Source: Selaginella moellendorffii
Taxonomy: Eukaryota; Plantae; Lycopodiophyta
Direction of reading: 5' to 3'
DNA: 11,320 nucleotides
Assembly (NCBI RefSeq): GCF_000143415.4
Contig: NW_003314266.1
Coordinates: 126,993 to 138,312, forward strand
Each line of letters starts with the position of its first letter. Position 1 is the first letter of the stretch. A program made the position numbers and the translations under genes. Of the stretch, positions 1 to 8,052 are shown one piece after another. Under the pieces are notes generated by a model. That model was given only the letters and a program-made list of their open reading frames with translations, ran no database searches and was not told the origin of the DNA.

Positions 1-1713
1 AACCCGGACGACTGGAGAGACCGAGAACTTCATGGCCCGGATCGGATGAGCGTCCACCTCACTCTCGTTGGTCAGGGTGGCATTCTTGACGATGAACTGG
101 TCCAGCCCGACCATGGCAGCGTTGTTGCCGCAGGGGACGTCATCCACCGTTTCTTGCTTCTTTCCCATCCAGATGTGTGTCCTCTGGACGCTCCTCACGT
201 ACAAGTCAGTCTTCCCCCCGGGAACATACGCCGGTCCCATGATACGCACTTTCATCCCCGTAGCCACAGTGCCCGAGAAGACTCTTCCAAAAGCGTAGAA
301 CCGGCCGTTGTCGTTAGCCGGGATCATCTTGGAAACGTAGACCATAAGAGGACCCTTAGGATCACAGTTCCTGATGGCAGCAGCGTACTTGTCGTCCAAA
401 GGCCCCTCGTAGAGATTTTCCACGCGATACTTCTGGGCCACCACTGGTGACGGGAGGTGGTAGATGATCATTTCCAGCAGCGCATCGCTCGCGGGCAGCC
501 ACAGTTGCATGACACGCTTCATTAGAGCTTTCCCGGATTTTTGCTTGTCTTCGCCCTTCAAGGTAACGTTAAGCTTCTGAAGCATTGGCCTGTCCACAAT
601 AACACAAAGCTATTAGTGTGACTATCGAAACAAACGAAGAAACAATCTAGCTTACAAGAGCTTGTCCATCTGGTCGTTCACCGCGATGTCGATGATCTGC
701 TTGATAGGATTGTAGATGAACTGCACGAACCCACGCGTACAAGTGGGAGAGCCAGTGTTCCTGGTCGTCCACTTCCTTGTCGCAGGATCAAAATAGTTCT
801 CGCCCCACAGCTTCTCGACCATCTTCTTCTCGTCCACCTTAAACTTCGACGCATACATCTTCGCGAAGGTCGTGAGAGTGAAGCCCCAGCCGTGCAAACC
901 AGCCCCAAAGCCCACCGTGCCTCTCTCCGGGTAGACCTGGACATCGCCGAGAAGCTTGTCCTCGTAAGTCGACAAGATCACGTTGGCGTTCTCGATCACG
1001 CGCTGGAAAGTCTGGTAAGCCTCCTCTCCGTCGAGCTGGAGCTCCAGGAAGCAGCGATCCATCTTGTTGACGACCAGGACGGGCTTGATCCTCTCTCCCA
1101 GCGCCTGCCGTAGAACAGTCTCGGTCTGGACGCAAACCCCTTCCACGCAGTCGACCACCACCAGAGCGCCATCGGTGATCCTCAGCGCCGCGGTGACCTC
1201 GGAGGAGAAATCTACGTGCCCGGGAGAGTCGACAAGGTTGATCAGGTACTCGTTCCCGTCGCGGCTCCCCCGGAAATCTTGAGGGAAGAAAGAAAGAAGC
1301 TCGCTTTGCTTAGAAAGAATCCCGGCCTCGATCTGGAAGAAAGAACCTACCTTTCAGGGCCGCGTCCGGCATCGTGTACAAGAGGGAAATCCCCGTGGAC
1401 TTGATCGTGATCCCGCGATCCGCCTCGTCCTTGCGCGTATCGGTCATGCGGACATTGCCGGCGTTGTCGAGCGAGATGAATCCAGCGGCCGCGACCAGCG
1501 AATCCGTGAGTGTGGATTTCCCTGCGCGCCTGGGCATGAGAATCGACAAGGACACAGAGATTTGTCGCCGCCTCACCGTGATCGACATGCGCAATCACCG
1601 AGAGGTTCCGGATGTTGTGCGTCTTGTCCATGATCCGCCGCATTTCCTCGGCCTGGAAAGAAATCGATCAGCCGCGCATCGATCCATCGCAAGAAAGAAA
1701 TGGCGCTCACCAT
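1..1713 (-). CDS. EEF2: Eukaryotic translation elongation factor 2 (eEF2), 5' part; continues beyond window position 1
   Basis: Manual splicing gives exons 1713-1711 (ATG only), 1652-1577, 1521-1351, 1277-656 and 589-<1, separated by GT-AG introns of 58, 55, 73 and 66 nt. Translation: [40 protein letters not shown] (G1)...[12 protein letters not shown] (G2)...[29 protein letters not shown] (G3)...VNKMDR (G4)...[10 protein letters not shown]...[19 protein letters not shown]...[13 protein letters not shown]...[12 protein letters not shown]...[11 protein letters not shown]. No stops or frameshifts in the spliced frame. Confidence 0.97.
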
Positions 1714-1748
1714 TTTCAAGAAGCTCAAGAACAAACTCCCTAGTGAAT

Positions 1749-1757
1749 AAACCCTAA
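1749..1757. promoter_or_regulatory. Telo-box (AAACCCTAA) upstream of the eEF2 start codon
   Basis: Exact AAACCCTAA about 35 nt upstream of the eEF2 ATG. Telo-boxes are established promoter/5'UTR elements of plant translation-machinery genes (eEF1A, ribosomal proteins). Confidence 0.6.
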
Positions 1758-1826
1758 GGCTCGAATTTATGGTTCAAGCTATTTCTTTAGCCACAAGTAA
1801 GGCATCATTTAAAGCATATTCGTATG

Positions 1827-1835
1827 TTTCCCGCC
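1827..1835. promoter_or_regulatory. E2F-like site TTTCCCGCC in the eEF2 upstream region
   Basis: Exact match to the plant E2F consensus TTTCCCGC about 115 nt upstream of the eEF2 ATG. Motif match only. Confidence 0.3.
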
Positions 1836-1969
1836 TATAACGCTTGTCTTTGAGTCGAGAAAAACGAAGTATGGAAGAACTCTTGAGAGATGGAAGAAAT
1901 TCTTTAAGATACAAGAGCGCTAGCACATATCCTTGTGGCCACGATCACGCGAGAGCTTCTCCACGATTC

Positions 1970-3027
1970 TCAAGCTCCAGCCAAGAACACGGTCTCCAAA
2001 GCCATCCCCGACACCAGGTCTTTGTCACCATCGTCAGACCTTGCGTTTCTATCCAGTGGAAACCGCAGCATCGTGGAGGATTGGGGCGGATATGTGGCAT
2101 CTCCCACGAGGAGATTGCATGGCTTGGCTGCGAATGCACTGGGCTTGTAGCGATGCTCCACCTCTTGGAAAGATTTCTCGTCGAGATTCATGGCGGCCTC
2201 GGCTGTTCTTGCGCGAACTCCTCCTCGAGAGCAGCGATGAGCGCTCCATCGCTCTTTTGGAGATACTTTCGCCTAAGCTTGCGGGCTCTGCGGCCTTGGC
2301 CTCGCAGCTCCAGACACTCGCACTTCTGTTCGACGTGGGACTTGAACGCTGCGGCGCTTGAGCTCGTGATCTTGTTCTTGGCGGTGACCCGGACGAAACC
2401 CACCAGATCGATCTCTCCCGAAGCCCACAATTTGAGTCCAACGGCAATGCACGGGATCTTGTCCATCCTCCCTGCTCGTATGTTGCGCACCGCGGCGGCA
2501 CAGCCGTAGTAGAACATCTCGAAGGCATCGTCCGGCCATTCACCCGTGCCTCTTCCACCCAAAACTCCCAGAGTGATGCGCTGGTTGATGGCGCGGTCAC
2601 GTCCATACATCCGGAGGAGGACTGCCTCGTTCGTGAAACTCTTGGCTTGCTCATCGAGACGAAAGAACTCGGACAAGTCACGGCCCGCTGGAGCATGCTG
2701 ATCGAGTTGAAAAGCAAAGGAAGGACGAGGATGGAGAAGTTTACGATGAAGCTAGAAAAGAAAGTTGATGGCAATGGTGACAAAGAAGAAGATGAAGATG
2801 GTGAATAACTTCTTTGCAAACTCTCCAACGCTCTTGTCATCCTGGAAGGAATCAACACCCGTATTGTCGTGGCACTCTTCGAGGCGCTCTCCAACCTTTG
2901 GAGCCAGAGAGGTGAATGCCGCGAGGAAGTGACCGACAATCGGCCGGTATCCGACCTCTGTCCGCGCTGGATCGAAAGCATTCCCCGACACCTCCATCTG
3001 GAAAGCCATCCTCTTGAGCGAAAACAT
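1970..3027 (-). pseudogene. Coding-like region of unknown family, interrupted by a stop/possible intron and a probable frameshift
   Basis: ORFs 3027-2752 and 2676-2188 share a frame and are separated only by TAG at 2754-2752, which ends a pyrimidine tract (possible splice acceptor). The 162-aa part looks globular (WPDDAFEMFYYGCAAAVRNIRAGRMDKIPCIAVGLKLWASGEIDLVGFVRV). It plausibly continues by a frameshift near 2200-2215 into ORF 2191-1970 (AEAAMNLDEKSFQEVEHRYK). Family not recognised. Confidence 0.4.
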
Positions 3028-3137
3028 GACAACGTCCTTACTGATCCTTTTCGAAACTTTTCACTGCATGATCCTGGCTGGACATCAAGCAATGGCTGAG
3101 CAAGCTGTAGCAAGTCCTTGGCCATTCGGGTTATATC

Positions 3138-4574
3138 CTACATCCAAACCTTTTGTTCCGGTAACCCTACAAAAGATATTCTAAAGAGATGAGTGAGAAA
3201 TAGAAGAGAAATACCTTTGGTTTCATCCTCTTCGAACAAATCTGGAACTCTTGTTGGTAGATCTTCATACCCAGGAAAGTAGTTTAACATCCGGGGCCAT
3301 GCGAAACGTCTCTTGTTCCTCTGAACGAAAAGCTGGACAATACGAGTGAACAGGAGCGGGCTTGGAGGAGAATCGTCGTAAGTGTCATTCTCTGTGTTAC
3401 AAGTTCAAGCGTTTCTAGAGGAACGATATATAGAAAACTAGAATACCTGGAATAGTCAAGCGGAAGCCCACGTTGGGTGCCGCTGCTAGCAAAACTTTTG
3501 TTACCTCCTCGACAGCATCCTCTTCCTCCTCATCAAGTAAAGCTCATCAAACTTGGAACTCAACAGCCGGACTTCCAAAACTTGGAGCTTCTCGAGGTTG
3601 AGCTTTGTGTGTTTGTTGCTCCTGAATGCCTGCTCACCAACAAACGAATTCATTTAGTGAAGGCATGAGTGATCAGTAAGATGCAAAGGTTACTCTCAAC
3701 ATGCTCATGTTCATGCTCAGTTCTCGGATTTTAGGAAAGTGCATGAGAAACTCCATGATGCATAACGACTCTTGGCCATATGAAAATCCTGGAAAAAGTT
3801 TCAGACATTCCAACTGCGGCATCTTGCCGAGGAAAGACCATAAATATGATTCCAGCACTTCAACTGAAAAATAACTTCCCACTACTTCCAATGTGCGTAA
3901 AAAACCGAGTGGAGAAGGAATCACCTCTACCTTGTCTATGTAAGAGAAACCAAGGAGCAGCCTCTCAAGGTTATTACCCTGTAGAACTAATCTTCCCCTC
4001 GTATTTGTCAGCGCCACACCTTTGAGCTTTGGAGCATTAACAGTGAAGATGCCTTCGCCAAACTCTAGCTCCAAAAAGTTCATGTTGGGGTTGTGTAACT
4101 CGAGGTTGGCACACACCAGTCGCAAGCACAAGTACTCCAAAAGCGTTCCCGTGCTCACAAACTCCTCCAATTCTCTCTTGGCACTCTCGCTTTTGCCCCG
4201 AAATTCTAGAATGCATCGCTTGAGCCTCGCCAAGCGTGGAAGGGATTTGAATTGGACAGTTGAACTGATGGAGAGCTCCTCGAGGTGCGGAGATGCTAAG
4301 GACAGGAAGGAGAGATCTAGTTCTACTTCTCGGACACACAAAAGCAAGACTTTGAGCCTCGGCGTGAAGAGATGGTTGCTGTTGCGCACTAGTGCCTCCC
4401 AGACTGCTGGATCGAAGCGATGAAGTAAAACTCTTCCAGACTGCGGAATGATTCAAGGAAACAGCAAAGCATTCGGCGGCGATACGGGTGGAACCCGTAT
4501 GGCAAGTACCCTGGCTCTTCAAAGCGAGATATATCCCTGAAAGCCTCCCTCCACAACTTACATACAGCCCATGG
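3138..4574 (-). pseudogene. F-box/LRR (FBL/FBD-like) gene, 5'-truncated, with two frameshifts
   Basis: Starts with the F-box C-terminal motif AVCKLWREAF, followed by F-box-type LRR segments (PRLKVLLL, PHLEELSIS, APKLKGVAL, PQLECLKL, PKIRELSM, NLEKLQVLEV). Exons about 4574-3694, 3629-3447, 3391-3215 and 3166-3138, with GT-AG introns of 64, 55 and 48 nt. Frame changes are needed near 4427-4430 (LEEF/LHRFDPAVWEAL) and 3539-3541 (KFDE/LLDEEEEDAV). The N-terminal part of the F-box and a native start codon are missing. Confidence 0.75.
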
Positions 4575-4721
4575 CAAACCTTGCCATTGATGGTGATAGT
4601 GCTGTTGTTGTCTGCAACACAAACTTCCTGGAGCATGTCCTCATGCAGCGTGAACAAGTGGTTTTGGTGAGCACGCAAAGGCAAAGAGGGTGATGAGAAT
4701 TGCCAGCATTGTTGCTGCCAT
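4574..4721 (-). pseudogene. Germin-like protein 5' fragment (signal peptide plus germin box A)
   Basis: ATG at 4721 gives the signal-peptide-like MAATMLAILITLFAFACSPKPLVHAA*. After a frameshift at about 4643 comes EDMLQEVCVADNNSTITINGKVC, matching the germin N-terminal consensus DPLQDFCVAD...NGxxCK. Similarity stops at 4574. Confidence 0.8.
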
Positions 4722-4779
4722 GGAATGAGAGAAAAATATCCTTGATATGAGACACTGTTGAGAGGGTAATGGAGGTGAC

Positions 4780-4845
4780 GTGTGGGGGATTGACACCGCC
4801 AGGAGCGTAGTCAAGGAGCACAAATGAGATGCCCAGAGTGTTGAG
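4780..4845 (-). pseudogene. Germin-like protein internal fragment (start of cupin box B)
   Basis: LNTLGISFVLLDYAPGGVNPPH matches the germin consensus GLNTLGISxxRIDYAPGGxNPPHTHPR and is truncated right after PPH. Confidence 0.8.
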
Positions 4846-4884
4846 CTCATCCCCCGTGGATTGTTTCACTTCCAGATCAATTTG

Positions 4885-4934
4885 CCACGTGCCGCCACTC
4901 CTTTTTGGGAAAAAGGATAATTCATTGTATAAAT
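4885..4934 (+). promoter_or_regulatory. Putative core promoter of the 4969 gene: G-box, GCC core and TATA
   Basis: CACGTG at 4886-4891 overlaps GCCGCC at 4891-4896. TATAAAT at 4928-4934 lies about 35 nt before ATG 4969. Motif matches only. Confidence 0.4.
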
Positions 4935-4968
4935 CTAGGTTTCTGTAAAGGATTTTACATTGTAGTAG

Positions 4969-5766
4969 ATGGCGTTAAAGGATATGAGCTCCGTTGCGTG
5001 CATACCGCACAGATCTCATGGAGAGTTGTGTCTTCGGAAACCTCACAGATCAAAAGTTTTTCCTATGGAGGGAGAGATTGATTGGATGGAAGATAACGAT
5101 CATTATTATGAGTTGCTAAAAGCCAAGTTAAGGTTTGATATGTGGAAAGAGAAGGAAAGAGTGTTTACTGAACAACAAAAAAAGTTTTTAAGTCAATGTC
5201 GAGATTACTTTGTTGCCGGACTTTTGATCCTTACGGGTTTCTTATGTGTTAACTGTCTTATTCTTAAGGAGAATAGCTTTTACAATTGCTATTATGGTTA
5301 TAATGAGGTATGTGAAATTGTGTGAATTAATTTTTTTCTAATACTTCAATGTCTTTTCCAGGGATCTATACTCAAGTATGGGTATTGCTTCATCACAGAG
5401 ATGAGCAGTGGAATGTTTAGCATCATTTGCATGATAAATATGATGCTTTACATTGTGTGGATTTATTTTACGAGTGATATCAAACCCATCACCTTGTTTG
5501 TTAGTGGAGGTTTAGTGGGAGGGATGAATGTCGGGACCACAATAATTTCACTCAAGGGTCATTGGCCGGGTTGGATTTTAACATGGATCATCTATACTGG
5601 ACTTCACACCATTCCAAATATATGCACTGCTCAATCAGTTCATTTCCTCAACAAGAACAAAAGGTGGAAGCTAATATTTCATTTGATTATGGGCTTGATC
5701 ATTCCATTTCTCATGGGGGCAACAATGACACTTGTGGAGCTCCTGTGCGTAAAGTCGACATTCTGA
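4969..5766 (+). CDS. Uncharacterised multi-pass membrane protein, 247 aa, two exons
   Basis: Exon 1 (4969-5307) and exon 2 (5362-5766) are joined in frame by a 54-nt phase-0 intron (GAG/gtatgt...ttttccag/GGA). The protein has a hydrophilic N-terminus of about 79 aa and about five hydrophobic segments (YFVAGLLILTGFLCVNCLIL; GMFSIICMINMMLYIVWIYF; ITLFVSGGLVGGMNVGTTIISL; WPGWILTWIIYTGL; LIFHLIMGLIIPFLMGATMTLV). TATA upstream, AATAAA downstream. Confidence 0.7.
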
Positions 5767-5882
5767 ATCTGTGGCAATACAACGAGCATTTTATGCTTCA
5801 AGTGGTGATAGAGGAGTGAGGTTACTTTAAACAGAATTCTTCTAATTAAAGATTTGTTTCTTACCAAGTACAGCTACACTGG

Positions 5883-5899
5883 AATAAATTAGAAATAAA
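5883..5899 (+). terminator. Candidate polyadenylation signals (AATAAA x2)
   Basis: AATAAA at 5883-5888 and 5894-5899, about 120 nt after the stop at 5766. The AT-rich context lowers specificity. Confidence 0.3.
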
Positions 5900-6666
5900 T
5901 TTACAAAGATGTTTTAAAATGATAGAAAAATTGTTCAATCAAGAAATAATGCTACAAATCTGACATAGTATACATAAAATGTTAGAATATATTACATGTT
6001 ATTTAGATTATCGATAGGATAGTGGACTAAAATATTTCAGAACAAGCTAAGAGATACAATACATGAGAATAACCATGTTATCATGTGAATAATCTGTAAG
6101 GATTCAAAATTGAATAATATCTTGGCATTTATGTTTCTGATTCCAAGATTTTATAAAAAATAATGTGCCTTTTATCTAATATTTACCTAACTAAATAGAA
6201 CTAAAACATGATAATTTATATGATAAATATTAGATATCATAAATTACATAGAAAATGGATCAATCAGTTCAAAGCACTGGCTGCTAAGAAGAAAGCAAGA
6301 AAGGACCTTGGAGTTCTAAAAAAAGAGCCTTGCCAATGCATCACACCCTCTAATAGAATTACAATACATGTTCTTCCACTTATTTTCTTTTTCTCTAACT
6401 CTTTTCTTCACATTAATGTAAAGTGTCCTTCCAGATTGCTACTCAATCTCCTTCTCATCAGCCTCGAGCTTGCAAAGTTCTAGCATTCTCTCATTGATGA
6501 GATTTCATACTAATTCATCTTGTTTGCATTTGGCAGCATTCGAAACAATCTCTTGAGGATATATGCGTGATAATTGGCTTCTGGACGATTCTGAAGTGCT
6601 GGTATATCTAAAGCAAGTATGGAAGCAAGCGTTTCCATGGTCATATTGTCCTTTCGCTACTAACCT

Positions 6667-6794
6667 ATGAGCTATCAAGGCAAACAATACAAAAATTCAA
6701 TTCATTATTTCCCAGGAACTCACTATCCAAAAATCCCATTGACACAAAATGAGATGAGCCATCAAGGCAAATAATGCCACAAAAATTTCTTCAT
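6667..6794. repeat. Degenerate direct repeat, two copies of about 40 bp
   Basis: ATGAGCTATCAAGGCAAACAATACAAAAATTCAATTCAT (6667-6705) versus ATGAGCCATCAAGGCAAATAATGCCACAAAAATTTCTTCAT (6754-6794), offset 87 nt. Confidence 0.7.
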
Positions 6795-7184
6795 AGATTT
6801 GCTAGAAAATCGTAGAGCTCACCGGCAATTTGTTCAGGGAACTCCTGCGACAAAAGAGCTCCTGGAATCTCCACAAACTTGACCGCTCCCTTGGCACCTC
6901 AAGAGCTTCCATCTCGGCTCTTGAACGCCTTAAAAAAAATCATCATCTTTCTGCCAAAGAGCTCTATGATTAAATTCCCGGCTCTTCACTGGATCGACCA
7001 GGCTAGTCAGGAAGGCGGCTGGACCTTAGCAAGCTTCTGGGAGCAGAGCGAGGCAACTGTCGACAATGGCATCAGTCACATTGCTCAACTCCGAGTAGAC
7101 GTGTTTTCCTATGTTGCTTTGGCTTCTCACAAGTGCGTTATAAAGAGCTCAGCCATGGCAGTATCTCACAAAGCTCCTCCATAC
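6791..7184 (-). pseudogene. Alpha/beta-hydrolase-fold protein, decayed last exon
   Basis: After a cag acceptor (7187-7185): ...LYNALVRSQSNIGKHVYSELSNVTDAIVDSCLAL...*GPAAFLTSLVDPVKSREF.../RSRAEMEAL/GAKGAVKFVEIPGALLSQEFPEQIAGELYDFLANL* (stop 6793-6791). From memory this resembles the C-terminus of a conserved plant/cyanobacterial alpha/beta hydrolase (Arabidopsis At1g74640-like: PAAFLTGLLDPV..REEF...KRSKAEMEAL.GAKGV.KFVEV.GALLPQEEYP..VA.ELY.FL). The locus ID is recalled and unverified. Multiple stops and frameshifts are present. Confidence 0.75.
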
Positions 7185-7682
7185 CTGGGCATAAACAATA
7201 TAGAGTTAAGCAAGAGAAAAAAGATTTTGGAACTAAGCACTACTTTGAAAAAACAAAGTTCATAAGAGACAATTTACAACTTAACATTCCAACTGAACCA
7301 GCAATCCACTTGAGGTACACGAATACTTCCAATCATCATTTTTGCTTCAAATAAGCATGACCTTCAAAACCAATTCCCTGAAAGAAATTCCTTAGCTTTT
7401 TAAAGTTTGGAGAATCCAAGCAAATGCTCCAGAAAAGGATGAGTGAACATCTGCAACAGAAAAGTTGTATTAGATGACCTGCATATTAGATTCATTCCCA
7501 AGTAATAGAGTTGGAATGCTACTCTGAGGTTTATAAGGTTTATGATAAGATTTAATCTTATAACTCCAAAGAAAATAGTACCATCAGCTCCAATTTTATT
7601 AAATTCTTACAGGTGGAAGACTCCTTCATGCTTTGAGCTCTCTAAACTTGATCTTGTATAGCACTAAATCCTTCCCAATTAG

Positions 7683-7760
<78 letters not shown>
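7683..7760. repeat. Compound microsatellite (CT)9(GT)13(GA)17
   Basis: Read directly: CT x9 at 7683-7700, GT x13 at 7701-7726, GA x17 at 7727-7760. Confidence 0.97.
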
Positions 7761-7765
<5 letters not shown>

Positions 7766-8052
7766 ATGACTCATTCATCACCATCATTGTAGGGACAGCT
7801 CCACATTCTTTATGAATCCAATATGTTTTTTATGTAATTCTTCAACTGTCTGGCCATAGCTCTACAAAGTAGTTCAAAACAAATGTTTTTTTATTCATTT
7901 GAACTATTGGGATATATGATTTTTCAAGAAGTCTAAATTCAAAAGCTTATAGGAAGTGTTTTGTTTATATATATCTATCAATTTGTTACATGTAGAATAG
8001 AGCTTTGTAAGCAACAAAAAAAAAAAGCAATTTGAAAAATAATCTATAAAAG

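Noticed and set aside
46-1757. Plus-strand ORFs (46-450, 68-298, 892-1113, 1064-1282, 1216-1404, 1374-1757) and off-frame minus ORFs (678-944, 839-1135)
   Set aside because: Shadow or antisense frames of the GC-rich eEF2 exons, with no independent motifs.
1844-2509. Plus-strand ORFs of 221, 142 and 71 aa
   Set aside because: Non-ATG starts, antisense to the coding-like minus frame, and no recognisable motifs.
2696-2808. Short plus-strand acidic/lysine-rich reading (MLIELKSK...EEDEDGE*)
   Set aside because: Too short, and explained by the purine-rich complement of a pyrimidine tract.
2049-3125. Longest ORF in the window (358 aa, minus)
   Set aside because: Ser/Arg-rich, low-information translation overlapping a more protein-like frame. 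Treated as a probable shadow ORF, though not formally excluded.
4037-4684. 215-aa minus ORF as a real gene
   Set aside because: Only about 23 residues (germin box A) are meaningful. The rest is an off-frame read of the F-box/LRR exon.
6879-7354. Plus-strand ORFs of 128 and 73 aa
   Set aside because: Antisense to the hydrolase pseudogene exon and its upstream intron.
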